A DNA stretch of 64,000 nt from a bacterium (GCA_043811375.1 JBDRNJ010000014.1:1-64000); one strand, 5' to 3'; shown: positions 9,121 to 20,930, counted from the stretch's first letter. Numbers and translations are program-made. The notes: a model not told the origin generated them from the letters alone.

Positions 9121-10056
9121 CTACTTATTGATACCCACCGACAGCCGAAAGCCGCTCACCCGCAGAAGCTTTTCCTGACGCTCGCGGATCAACTGTTCGG
9201 TCATCGTGAAATCAGGTCCGATATTTTCGATCATAATCGATGAGGTGCAGGAAGCATAGCAGCCGGCCCGCCGCAGATCACCACCGGATTTGAGATACTC
9301 AAAGGTGAACCCGGCCATGTAAACGTCACCCGATCCGGTAGCATCCACCAGATCGACCTGGTAGGGTGGAATATCAATAAACTCCCGGCCGTCGTAGACC
9401 AGAGAGCCCAACTCGGCCAGTGTGACAATGACGACTTTCGGTCCCCACGATTTGATAATGCGTGCCGCCTCGTAGGGATCACGGCGGCAGTCGATACCGG
9501 TCAGGATTTCACCTTCCAGTTCGTTGGGTTTGACGATGTCGAACCGTCCGATCGCTTCTTCGATGCCGGCGACTTTTTCATGGAAAATCCGTCCCTGGTC
9601 GTCGGCACCGCGGATCAATCCCTGTGGGTCACAGAAAAACAGCCCATCGAAACTGCGCCGAATCTCGGCGATGGCGTCAAACGACACCTCGCCCAGGATA
9701 GGCCCGATCAATACCGCTTTCGCATCATCGTACCAGCGGCGATCGATAACGGCGATATCATCAGCGCGCCCCAGCAGGTCGAGTGTGCGACGGCCGTAGT
9801 CATCGTAATATATCAGCTTGAAACCGCCGGTTTCACGTGACGGCACGATCTCGTATTCAATCCCGAAGCGGGCCAGGTCGTTAACGAACTGCTCTTTGAA
9901 ATCGTCACCAACCGCACCCACCAGTCGCACCGGCTCACCCATTTTGACCAATGCTAACGCGGCGTTGGTGGAGCAGCCGGAGAGGATGCGTCCGGAGGGT
10001 TCGACTTTCTGAGTCTTGATATAGTCGTAGACGGGGTTGCCAAGTGCGGTAATCAA
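9121..10056 (-). CDS. PfkB/ribokinase family carbohydrate kinase
   Basis: G....NAALAL..MG....VGAVGDD, KPNELE and DATGSGD motifs. Confidence 0.92.
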   Translation of the reverse strand: MITALGNPVYDYIKTQKVEPSGRILSGCSTNAALALVKMGEPVRLVGAVGDDFKEQFVNDLARFGIEYEIVPSRETGGFKLIYYDDYGRRTLDLLGRADDIAVIDRRWYDDAKAVLIGPILGEVSFDAIAEIRRSFDGLFFCDPQGLIRGADDQGRIFHEKVAGIEEAIGRFDIVKPNELEGEILTGIDCRRDPYEAARIIKSWGPKVVIVTLAELGSLVYDGREFIDIPPYQVDLVDATGSGDVYMAGFTFEYLKSGGDLRRAGCYASCTSSIMIENIGPDFTMTEQLIRERQEKLLRVSGFRLSVGINK

Positions 10057-10163
10057 AGGCAGGCCTTTCTTATTACTAAATCACGTTTGATGTCGGTAGG
10101 CCGGGTTCGGAGCGGCAAGCCGCCTCTATCGCGAAATGCAATGAAAAAACCGACACAATCTTC

Positions 10164-10850
10164 TCACACCTCCCTCTTATCCCCCAGCACCTTGCGCGTA
10201 TACACCAGTCGCTGGACTGAGGTGATCAGGGAGGTGACGCCGACCACTATCAGAGCCAGCTCCAACCAGCCACCGCGAGGCCAGGTGCCGACCGGGAAAT
10301 ACCATTCGAGGATCGACCCGGCAATAATGATCAGGAATTTCTCCAGACGACCCATAATACCGACGGCGCAGTTTTCAATCTTGCCGATTGATTCCGCCGC
10401 AGCGCGGGTGTAGCTGGCGATAATCATGCCGAACAGCGCAAACAGCCCCCAACCGGGATGGACGGCGCCCGAAAGCGTGATTCCGGCCAGGATAAAAAAC
10501 TCACCGTAGCGGTCACTGACGTGGTCGAGAATGCCGCCGAAGACGGTGCCGATACCTCCGGCGCGGGCGGTGGCGCCGTCGAGCATATCGGTAAAGGCGG
10601 CTATCAGTATCCAGAAGACTCCCCACAGCATCTCTCCTTTCCAGAAGAAGATTCCGCAGACGATGGAACTGACAAACGATACTGCTGTCAGAAAGTTCGG
10701 CCGCAGACCCATGTTGAAGCAGACCCGGCCCAGCCACAGCGATGATCGCTCATAGAACTGCCGTTTGCGTTGGTTTATTCCCGGCAACTTTTTTACATCC
10801 TTGAATCTAAAGCCACATCCTGTGATTGGTGTACATCCCGGTACGTCCAC
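10164..10850 (-). CDS. CDP-alcohol phosphatidyltransferase (archaetidylinositol/PI-phosphate synthase-like); true start probably the TTG near 10788
   Basis: Signature DMLDGATARAGGIGTVFGGILDHVSDR; PN.LT, SYTRAAAE and G.MGRLE motifs typical of the AIPS/PIPS-like subgroup. Confidence 0.88.
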   Translation of the reverse strand: MDVPGCTPITGCGFRFKDVKKLPGINQRKRQFYERSSLWLGRVCFNMGLRPNFLTAVSFVSSIVCGIFFWKGEMLWGVFWILIAAFTDMLDGATARAGGIGTVFGGILDHVSDRYGEFFILAGITLSGAVHPGWGLFALFGMIIASYTRAAAESIGKIENCAVGIMGRLEKFLIIIAGSILEWYFPVGTWPRGGWLELALIVVGVTSLITSVQRLVYTRKVLGDKREV

Positions 10851-10938
10851 TTTTGCGGCGGACTGGGAGAAGCTGTCTCATAAGTCAGTTTCGACATCAG
10901 GTTTCACGCCGAACGAAACTGCAATTCGTCCACTCCGC

Positions 10939-11047
10939 GTAGCGGCGGGGTGACAAGTCACTACTACTCTATATCGCGTAGCGGCGGGCTTTATGTCCGC
11001 CGGTGGCGACGTCACCTCTATTGGTGGGAGACAAGCTCCCACCCTAC
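10939..11047. repeat. GTAG-type REP-like palindrome cluster
   Basis: GTAGCGGCGGG twice, GGCGGGCTTTATGTCCGCC hairpin, and GGGAGACAAGCTCCCACCCTAC. Confidence 0.55.
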
Positions 11048-11208
11048 GCGGGTCGGAATCGTTACCTTCCGGAACAACCTCGGAACATACACCGCACAAA
11101 TATCCTTTCACCTGAATGCAATATAGGGATATTTTTTGACACCGGTCAACGATCACCTTTGAGATTTCGGGGATTTGTCGAGAGTCCCACCGGCCGGGGA
11201 GTGAGTGA

Positions 11209-13320
<2,112 letters not shown>

Positions 13321-13324
<4 letters not shown>

Positions 13325-13590
13325 TCAAGAGGACGGTTGAGGTTATTAACCGATTGGGCCTTCACGCCCGCCCGGCGGCGCAGTTGGTAATGGTGGCGGC
13401 ACGCTTTCAATCGGAGGTGTTTTTCATCAAGAAGGACCTGCGTGTGAACGGCAAATCAATCATGGGGGTGATGATGCTGGCTGCGGAAAAAGGGACGGAA
13501 CTGACTGTTGAGATCGACGGCCCTGACGAAGAAGCCGCCATGCAGGAACTACTGCGGGTGGTCAAATCCGGGTTCGGTGAGGATATATGA
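13321..13590 (+). CDS. ptsH: Phosphocarrier protein HPr
   Basis: GLHARPAA (His15) and GKSIMGVM (Ser46). Confidence 0.95.
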
Positions 13591-13594
13591 GGTA

Positions 13595-13688
13595 CGGTCA
13601 GGAAAGGATTCCTGACCGCGCGTAAATATATGTGGCGATACTGGCGGTCAGGTCACAACTTGCTCAGAGGCAAGTCAAGACCTGACCG
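13595..13688. repeat. Pair of GGTCAGG...CCTGACC REP-like hairpins between convergent genes
   Basis: CGGTCAGGAAAGGATTCCTGACCG and CGGTCAGGTC...GACCTGACCG. Confidence 0.6.
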
Positions 13689-13715
13689 AACAGTGAAAGT
13701 GTGGTCGGTGCCGGT

Positions 13716-14246
13716 TCAGGTCGTGGGGGCGAAGGTATAAGTCTTCTTGCCTTGTTCCGTTAACCGGAAATAGTTCCCCTCGGAAACGCTGGAGACAATC
13801 TCTTTCTCTTTAAGATGATGATCACTGAAAGACAGCTTACCGGTCGGTTTGAGCACCCGGTGCAGTTCCGCCAGTATCCGCTCAGGCTGCTTCAGGTCGT
13901 GGAAGACGTCATAAAGTAATACAACGTCAAGATGGTTGTCAGGCAGGCCGGTATCACAGTCCGATTCGATGATAGTGATGTTCTTCAGTCCACGGCGCTT
14001 GACGATCCCCTTGACCATGGCCACAGCCGCCGGCTGTATATCCAGGGCATAAACCCGGCCGGAAGGGCCAACCAGATTCGCGACCGGAGTGATGTAACTG
14101 CCCGATCCACAGCCATAGTCGAGCAAACAAGACTCTGGCGTGATACCTGCCTCCCGAAGAATGTTCAGGCGTGGGATAAAAAGATCACGGATACTGAACG
14201 AAAGTGCCATCATTCTGATACTTAAGTTCGACTGTAGTCCGCTCAT
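13716..14246 (-). CDS. Class I SAM-dependent methyltransferase
   Basis: LDYGCGSG, VYALDI and LAELHRVLKPTG motifs. Confidence 0.9.
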   Translation of the reverse strand: MSGLQSNLSIRMMALSFSIRDLFIPRLNILREAGITPESCLLDYGCGSGSYITPVANLVGPSGRVYALDIQPAAVAMVKGIVKRRGLKNITIIESDCDTGLPDNHLDVVLLYDVFHDLKQPERILAELHRVLKPTGKLSFSDHHLKEKEIVSSVSEGNYFRLTEQGKKTYTFAPTT

Positions 14247-14275
14247 GGCACAGTTTCCGGTAGTATGATGACAGA

Positions 14276-15778
14276 TTACTCCCCGAACACCAGCGCTTGA
14301 AATTTCTGCACCAACGCATCCGGAGAGAGGTAGGCCTCTGGTGGCAGGCCGGCTTTGCGGCAGGTTTGCTGCAGGAACTCGGTACTGCTCCAGCCATACT
14401 CTGTGGCCACCTGCGGCAGCAATAAGCCGCGTTTTTGTCCCAGGGTGATAATCAGGCCGTCGCGTCCGACCTCGATTTCGTCCGGAGAGACAACTGTCTC
14501 AAGCGGCGTCAGCACGGATATTTCCAGATGCAATTTTTGTAGTTCTTCCGCCGATACCGGCTGAAATCGGCGATCAGCCACCGCTGCCTGCACGGCACAG
14601 ACCGACACCGTCTTGTACAACGGTTCGCGCGCCACGATGTGACCGATACACCCCCGTAGTTGCCCCTGTTTCTTTAACGTTACAAAGGCAGCACCCGGCT
14701 GTCGTAAATTATCACTTACGTCAAATTCCGGCAACTGCCCGGTAGCCAGATACTGCCGGATCGACTCGCGTGCCACCGCCAGCAGCTTTTCCCTGTCGTT
14801 ATCGGACAGGCCGAACCTCGGATGTGATTCCCCGACTCCGACCGGACCACCGGTGCCGGTACGAGTAGAATCGGCCTGGCCCTCGTTTGACTTGTAAATA
14901 ACCGCGGCAACGTAACTGACTACGGAACTTTTATCTCCGGAGATGTCACCGGAGTCGCCGTAGCGGAGTATTTTGACCCGGTTGGCCCCTTTGGCTATAG
15001 CTGCCTTCAGGACCGCAACCATCGGTCCCCCGCCGCAGGCCTCCACCTGACGGTTCTGCAGATATTGCTGCAAGCGGGCCGGGTCGAGCGTACGCAGACA
15101 TTCCAAACCGAGAGAATCCATCTTCCAACCGACCGACACCGGGTGGTAGTGTTGCCAGTCAGTGGAGGCTACCATTACGGTTTGCTCGTCGGTTTTAAGA
15201 GACTTCAGCGCGTCAGCCAGCAACTTTATGGTTTCGTCGGTCTGTTGTCCCATCACCACCGGCACGATGGTAAAGTCGGAAAGAACCGTCTGAAGGTACG
15301 GCAGTTGTACTTCGAGACAATGTTCGCGCTCGTGAGCCTGCTCCACCACCCGGATACGTTCGTTCTGCTCAAGAAGCCGGCGGCACAAATCGTCATCGCA
15401 GTCCACCAGACCCAGTGGTGTCCGCCAGCGGACATCAGGACCGTACACGGAAACACCCTCGAATGCGAAGCGGTGCGAGGGACCACACAGGATAACCCGC
15501 TTGACGTCTTGCATAGCCGGCAGCCGGTAGACGCAGGCGGCAATCTGGCCGGAGTAGACCAGGCCGGCGTGGGGAGTGATGACGGCGATGATGCGGCCGT
15601 CGATCTCAGGCAGATCGACCACGTTGTCCAGGTGAGTTGCCACCATCTGTGCCAGGGCGGTGCTGTCGCCCGGGTAAAACGTCCCGGCCACAACCGGTTC
15701 CCTGACGGTGGTGACGGCATTCTGTGAACAGGCGGCAATCAGTACGATGCCGATGGTGAGTATTCTCAATGCGGCCAT
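14276..15778 (-). CDS. amrB: AmmeMemoRadiSam system protein B (Memo) fused to protein A (AMMECR1), with lipoprotein signal
   Basis: VREPVVAGTFYP, PHAG..YSG, GPSH, EHCLEVQLPYLQ and STD..H (Memo); FVTL..G.LRGCIG, EISVL and GLLLPQVA.E (AMMECR1); lipobox IAAC. Confidence 0.93.
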   Translation of the reverse strand: MAALRILTIGIVLIAACSQNAVTTVREPVVAGTFYPGDSTALAQMVATHLDNVVDLPEIDGRIIAVITPHAGLVYSGQIAACVYRLPAMQDVKRVILCGPSHRFAFEGVSVYGPDVRWRTPLGLVDCDDDLCRRLLEQNERIRVVEQAHEREHCLEVQLPYLQTVLSDFTIVPVVMGQQTDETIKLLADALKSLKTDEQTVMVASTDWQHYHPVSVGWKMDSLGLECLRTLDPARLQQYLQNRQVEACGGGPMVAVLKAAIAKGANRVKILRYGDSGDISGDKSSVVSYVAAVIYKSNEGQADSTRTGTGGPVGVGESHPRFGLSDNDREKLLAVARESIRQYLATGQLPEFDVSDNLRQPGAAFVTLKKQGQLRGCIGHIVAREPLYKTVSVCAVQAAVADRRFQPVSAEELQKLHLEISVLTPLETVVSPDEIEVGRDGLIITLGQKRGLLLPQVATEYGWSSTEFLQQTCRKAGLPPEAYLSPDALVQKFQALVFGE

Positions 15779-15858
15779 GAAATCCTCCTTGATGCAGGAT
15801 ACCGTGACCCGGCGAATCGGTCAAGGGGAAAACAGTTGGTGGTTTTGCTGAAAGCGGG

Positions 15859-15873
15859 TATAATTAATGTATG
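15859..15873 (+). promoter_or_regulatory. -10 box immediately upstream of ATG (possible leaderless mRNA)
   Basis: TATAAT at 15859-15864, ATG at 15871, no SD in between. Confidence 0.45.
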
Positions 15874-16791
15874 AGCCAGGTGGTCGTTGTCAGATATGCC
15901 GACCCCGGCGGCTCCGAAGGGATCAGCCGGCAGACCTGCCGGACGTTGCTGGCAACAGGGCTGCAACGGCTGTCGGGGCAATCGAGTGTTCCGGCAGCGG
16001 TGCGAAAGTACCTTCCCTCGGGAGTCATCGGACTGAAAACCAACTGTCTGGCACGTCAGTTCAACTCCACGCCGGTAACTCTCACAGACGCGCTGGTTGA
16101 TCTCCTGGTGGAAGCCGGTTTTTCAGAAAACGATACAGTCGTGTGGGAACGAACCGGCCGGGAGTTGGCGGCTGCCGGATATACGCTCAATGCAGCCTCG
16201 CGCGGACGTCGTTGTCTGGGAACCGACACTCGCGGTGTCGGCTACAGCGCCGACCTCTACACTTCCGGCGAGGTCGGCTCGCTGGTCAGTCGTATTCTAA
16301 CCGATATGGTCGATTTCAATATCAACATCCCGGTGCTTAAAGATCACTCTATCGCCGGTCTTTCGGCCGGTCTGAAGAACATGTACGGAGCCGTTCACAA
16401 TCCCAACAAGTACCATGACAACAACTGTGATCCCTATTGCGCCCACGTCAACAATCTGGATCCGATTCGGCGCAAGACGCGACTGACGGTGCTGGCTGCC
16501 ATGCAGGTGCAGTACCAGGGCGGCCCCGGTTATGTGGGTGACTACATGGCGCCATATGGCGGACTTTTGTTTTCTGATGATCCGGTGGCGGTCGACAGGA
16601 TGGGGCTGGAGGTTCTGGAATATCTGCGAAAAAAACACGGCCGGCCCTCTCTGGCGAATGTGAAGCGGCCGGTGAAGTACCTGGACACGGCTCAGCAACT
16701 TGGCCTCGGCGTGGCGGAGCTTGACGACATCGAAATTCGGGTTGTCTCAGTTGACAGCCGGGGCCATCAATCGGAGGGGAAGTTGCTGTGA
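15871..16791 (+). CDS. DUF362 domain protein
   Basis: LKTN, INIPVLKDH, GLKNMYG and DPVAVD motifs. Confidence 0.85.
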   Translation: MSQVVVVRYADPGGSEGISRQTCRTLLATGLQRLSGQSSVPAAVRKYLPSGVIGLKTNCLARQFNSTPVTLTDALVDLLVEAGFSENDTVVWERTGRELAAAGYTLNAASRGRRCLGTDTRGVGYSADLYTSGEVGSLVSRILTDMVDFNINIPVLKDHSIAGLSAGLKNMYGAVHNPNKYHDNNCDPYCAHVNNLDPIRRKTRLTVLAAMQVQYQGGPGYVGDYMAPYGGLLFSDDPVAVDRMGLEVLEYLRKKHGRPSLANVKRPVKYLDTAQQLGLGVAELDDIEIRVVSVDSRGHQSEGKLL

Positions 16792-17927
16792 TCGATCGGC
16801 GGTTGTTCCTGCGTTGTCTGGGGTGTTCGGCGGCAGTTGCGGCGTCGCAGAGCGGCCTGCTGCCGGAAGTGATGGGGGGAGTGAAGAATGCCTGGGCTTT
16901 TGATCTGACCGACAAACTATCGTCGGTGGAAGCTCGCTACTACAAAAAGCTGGATGGGGGCGGCATCGAATGCGAACTCTGTCCGCGTCATTGCACGGTC
17001 ACCGACCTGGAGCGCGGTTACTGCGGAGTGCGGGAGAACAGGCAGGACGTCTATTATACGCTGGTTCATGGTTTACCCTGTGCCCTGAATATCGACCCGA
17101 TTGAGAAAAAACCCCTCTATCATTTCCACCCTGGCACCGGGGCTCTGTCGCTGGCCACAGCCGGCTGCAATGTCAACTGCAAGTGTTGCCAGAACTGGGA
17201 GATTTCACAATCCCGTCCGGAGCAGACGGATAATCTGGATATCCCTCCCCGGTCGTTGATCGATACCTGCCGTAATCGCGAGGTCCCGACGATCGCTTAC
17301 ACCTACTCCGAGCCGGTAGTGTTCTATGAATACATGTATGACACCGCCGAGCTTGGTCATCGGCACGGCATCAACTCGGTGATGATTACGGGCGGATACA
17401 TTGAGCAGCGACCGCTGGACGATCTGCTGCCGCACCTGGACGCCATCAAGGTTGACCTGAAGGGTATGCGACCGGATTTTTACCGGCAAATTGTCCGGGG
17501 TGAGTTGCAGCCGGTTCTGGATCGGCTGGTGCAGATCAAAAAGTCCGGAATATGGCTGGAAATTGTCTACCTGGTGATACCCACACTTAACGACAGCGAG
17601 GATGAGTTCCGGGAACTGGCGCGCTGGATCAAGACCTATATCGGCGTCGACACACCGCTGCATTTCTCCCGTTTTCACCCTCAGTACCTGTTGACGAATC
17701 TTCCCGCCACACCCAGGAAAACACTGGATGCAGCGTACGCAATCTGCCGGGCCGAGGGGCTTCAGTTCGTCTACCTGGGCAACGTGGTTAATCATCCGGC
17801 CGAATCGACCTACTGCCCGGATTGCGGCCTGGTTCTGATTGAACGCAGCGGCTATCGCATTCGCCAAAATAACCTCATTGAGAACCGTTGTAAGAAGTGT
17901 GGTTGTGTAATCCCGGGTCGGTTCTGA
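16788..17927 (+). CDS. amrS: AmmeMemoRadiSam system radical SAM enzyme with Tat-like leader
   Basis: CELCPRHC, G.CGVREN, DPIEKKPL.HF, CxxxCxxC (CNVNCKCC)QNWEISQ, YTYSEP and YLGNV motifs; N-terminal IDRRLFLR. Confidence 0.95.
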   Translation: MIDRRLFLRCLGCSAAVAASQSGLLPEVMGGVKNAWAFDLTDKLSSVEARYYKKLDGGGIECELCPRHCTVTDLERGYCGVRENRQDVYYTLVHGLPCALNIDPIEKKPLYHFHPGTGALSLATAGCNVNCKCCQNWEISQSRPEQTDNLDIPPRSLIDTCRNREVPTIAYTYSEPVVFYEYMYDTAELGHRHGINSVMITGGYIEQRPLDDLLPHLDAIKVDLKGMRPDFYRQIVRGELQPVLDRLVQIKKSGIWLEIVYLVIPTLNDSEDEFRELARWIKTYIGVDTPLHFSRFHPQYLLTNLPATPRKTLDAAYAICRAEGLQFVYLGNVVNHPAESTYCPDCGLVLIERSGYRIRQNNLIENRCKKCGCVIPGRF

Positions 17928-17931
17928 CGGT

Positions 17932-20079
17932 ATGAACAGCAGGGCGTTTCTACTCGGTTTTTTCTCCATCGGCGGACAAGTGCTGCTTCTGCGGGAGTTG
18001 ATCTCTTCTCTCAACGGCGATGAGTTGTTTATCGGGACGGCTTTCTGCGGATGGCTGGCGGCGGTGGCGGTGGGTGCCTTAATCGGCGGCCATCGGCGTT
18101 GGTGTCCCCCGGCATCGGTACTGTTTATTGTCGGTGCCGTGGTGCTTCCACTGATGGTAATAGCATCACGGTTGTCACCTCTCCTGGTAACCGAATTGGT
18201 GGGCGAGGCGGTACCGTTCGGCACGGCTGCGTTGTTGTCGTGGCTGGTCATGCTGCCGCCCGGATTGGTGAGTGGCTGGCTCTTTCCTGCCATAGCGCGT
18301 GAAGGCCGCTCGGCGGTCACAACGGTCGCGGCTGTGTATATGTACGAAGGAATTGGCGCCTTTGTCGGCGGAGTTCTGATTACTGTCGCGGCGGGAGGAA
18401 TCATCTCCACTATGGAGATGGCCTGTGTACTCTGCGGAGTCGTTGTTGCCGGTGGTTTTGTTGCCGGTCAGAGACGGAGATTGCCGGTGCTGTTAGCGGG
18501 AGGTGGCTGCCTGCTTTTGCTGTCACTCGTACTGCAGGGGTCAATCGCCCGTCTGGATCGCTACCTCGACCAGGTCAAGTACGGATCGCTGAAGGTGGTA
18601 GAATCGTTCGACACCCACTACGCTCACCAGGCGATTCTATTGCGTGAGGGCAGCCTGGTTCTGCTGACCGACAACACTGTGGAAGGAAACCTTCCCGACC
18701 GTGAAACTGCCGAGAATCTGCTGATTCCGCCCCTGTTGTACCAACCGGAGGCCCGGTCGATTCTGTATGTCGGTCGACCCGAGTTCGGAGTACTACAGCT
18801 GGCCGAAGTTTTTGGGGACCTGACAATCACCGTCGTTGATCCGCGTCGGGCGCTCACGGAGTGTCTGGCCGACCATATCGCCGGAGCTGCTGCCGGTCGA
18901 TGGATACATGACGACCCGGTCCGGTACTTCGCCCGTCGCGACAACCGGGAGAAGTATGACATAATAGTCATCGATATCGGGGAGCCGGGCAGTTACCGTA
19001 GCAGCCGGTTGTTGACGTCGGCTTTTTTCGATCTGGTCAGGTCCAGGCTGACACCGGCGGGCATTGTCCATATCCCTACTCGCTATGATACCGATCGCTA
19101 TGTGACCGATGAAGTGCGCGCTGGACTGACCGCCATCCATTCCGCTCTGGCCGGGTCTTTTGACAGGGTGACTATGTGGCCGGGACAGATGACCTTGCTT
19201 ATGGCTTCCCCGTCATCGACGATGGATTTACCCTACGATTCCCTGCTGTCACGGTTGAACCGGCTGAGCCGAGCGCCACACTTCATCAGTGACGATTACC
19301 TGTACGACCGTCTGGACGATTTCCGCGTGCAGCGACTGGTCGCGGCGGTCAGCCGGGGTAACGAGGTGAACTCTCTTGATCGACCGATGCTGCCGCATCT
19401 ACATGCTCTCTATCGTGCCCGGGCAAATACTTTCGATCGTACGATTGTCGCCGGTATTCTGAATCGTCCGGTACTGGCTGTCGGAGTCCCGGTAGTAATT
19501 GTATTGGCTATGGCGTTGGCCGGTTTGATCGGCAGACGAGGCAAAATGCCAGCCCTGTTTCTCTATTTCACTGCGGGGCTGGTATCGTTAGCGCTGGAAC
19601 TGGTGTCATTCTATGTTTATCAGTCGCTGGCCGGATCCCTCTATTCCGAGATAGCCGTTTTAATCGGTGCTTTTATGCTGGGACTGGCTGCCGGGACGTT
19701 TATTGCCGGGCGTTCTCGTATCCGGCGTCCCGAATATCCGGCGCTGTCCATCATGCTCGTATCAATACTGATCTTCTGGTTTACATACGACCGCATCGCA
19801 GTATCGGTGGCGCTGTGGTATCATGGCAGTTTCCTGCTGGTAGTTGCGGTTGCGACCGGCGGGTTGTTTGTGGCGGCAACCAACCGCTACTACGGCGCCG
19901 GTAAAGACGCCAACCAGGGGGCAGGTTATGCCTGCGAACTGGCCGGTTCGTCTTTAGCCGGGCTGGTAACCGCAACCATCCTGCTGCCGATTATCGGTCT
20001 GACAAACCTGCTGCCGGGTCTGGCTGCAATCGTGGCGCTGGCGCTGATCGGATCAGTGATAACCGCCCGCAGAACCTGA
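17932..20079 (+). CDS. Membrane protein with central spermidine-synthase-like domain (fused MFS/spermidine synthase type)
   Basis: Q..LLRE, TM blocks at both ends, central EN L...P.....LYVG, KYDIIVID and FF....L.P.G region. Confidence 0.75.
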   Translation: MNSRAFLLGFFSIGGQVLLLRELISSLNGDELFIGTAFCGWLAAVAVGALIGGHRRWCPPASVLFIVGAVVLPLMVIASRLSPLLVTELVGEAVPFGTAALLSWLVMLPPGLVSGWLFPAIAREGRSAVTTVAAVYMYEGIGAFVGGVLITVAAGGIISTMEMACVLCGVVVAGGFVAGQRRRLPVLLAGGGCLLLLSLVLQGSIARLDRYLDQVKYGSLKVVESFDTHYAHQAILLREGSLVLLTDNTVEGNLPDRETAENLLIPPLLYQPEARSILYVGRPEFGVLQLAEVFGDLTITVVDPRRALTECLADHIAGAAAGRWIHDDPVRYFARRDNREKYDIIVIDIGEPGSYRSSRLLTSAFFDLVRSRLTPAGIVHIPTRYDTDRYVTDEVRAGLTAIHSALAGSFDRVTMWPGQMTLLMASPSSTMDLPYDSLLSRLNRLSRAPHFISDDYLYDRLDDFRVQRLVAAVSRGNEVNSLDRPMLPHLHALYRARANTFDRTIVAGILNRPVLAVGVPVVIVLAMALAGLIGRRGKMPALFLYFTAGLVSLALELVSFYVYQSLAGSLYSEIAVLIGAFMLGLAAGTFIAGRSRIRRPEYPALSIMLVSILIFWFTYDRIAVSVALWYHGSFLLVVAVATGGLFVAATNRYYGAGKDANQGAGYACELAGSSLAGLVTATILLPIIGLTNLLPGLAAIVALALIGSVITARRT

Positions 20080-20142
20080 CACGGTATCAGCAGGGTGTTG
20101 AAAAACACTGAACGTACAAAATGGGTTTGTTTCGTAATTTCG

Positions 20143-20667
20143 TTATTTTTCGTCGATAGGTGGTTTCTCCGGAGGTTGGGAATTAGCAGGCTGACGGACG
20201 CCCTGAAGGTGTTCCAGCTGGGTGATGGCCCGGTGGAGTTGGCGCTCGATGGCTGTTTCGTAGCGCACGATCTTACTCGTGTCGTCGCGTGACGGCAGGG
20301 TGAGGGTTCCGGGGTGAAACGGCAGACTGTAGCGGCGGGAGTTGCGCACGTTGTCGGAGATTTCACCGACCTCGGTGCGGAGAGCGCGACGCAGACGCCA
20401 GTAAGCGACGGCGATCTTCTCGACCTGCATTTCCTCGAGCATACCGACGGGGTTCAGCTCGTCATGGAGCTGCGCCAACAGTGATTCGAATTGGTTGCGT
20501 TTTTCCAGGCCGTGCCGGTTGGGAACGACAACAGACTCAGCCAGGAGGCCGTGTTTGAGAGCGTTCCACTTGACGCGCTCTTTACCTTCGGGCGTTCGGG
20601 GGCCGGTGGAACGCCGGGCGTTACGGCGATTGGCCGCAAGTTGTTTTTCGCTTATCTCTGGTGCCAT
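20143..20667 (-). CDS. Conserved hypothetical protein (AANRRNA..STGPRT.EGK...NALKHGL family)
   Basis: Recognisable N-terminal motif and C-terminal RYE..IERQL.RA. Confidence 0.75.
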   Translation of the reverse strand: MAPEISEKQLAANRRNARRSTGPRTPEGKERVKWNALKHGLLAESVVVPNRHGLEKRNQFESLLAQLHDELNPVGMLEEMQVEKIAVAYWRLRRALRTEVGEISDNVRNSRRYSLPFHPGTLTLPSRDDTSKIVRYETAIERQLHRAITQLEHLQGVRQPANSQPPEKPPIDEK

Positions 20668-20784
20668 AGGGGCGGTCGCTTTTTCAGTATAAGGGGAGGT
20701 GTGGTGGTTTGGGGAGAGTTTGTAGGGGAAGTGTGGGGGGTGGGCAGGTTACAACGGATAATGGAACATTGGTCTACCTGTGAC

Positions 20785-20930
20785 TCATGGTGTTATACCA
20801 ATCAGGAGAGAGGAACTGCAGGCACCCCCCTTCCCTGACGAATGACGTTGTACAATTCTCCTTCATAGTATGACACTCCTGAACTCATTTCCTGTTGGAG
20901 TTCTTTCATTGGCAGTATTTCAACAGCCGT
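20785..20930 (-). pseudogene. 3' relic of a BstYI/BglII-family type II restriction endonuclease (frameshifted)
   Basis: Minus strand translates AVEILPMKELQQEMSSGVSYYEGELYNVIRQGRGVPAVPL, then continues LIGITP* after a 1-nt shift; matches the BstYI C-terminus as recalled. Confidence 0.7.

Noticed and set aside
17205..18410. 401-aa antisense ORF (also 11146-11928, 36536-37447, 3199-3921)
   Set aside because: These are shadows of well-supported genes on the opposite strand with no recognisable motifs.
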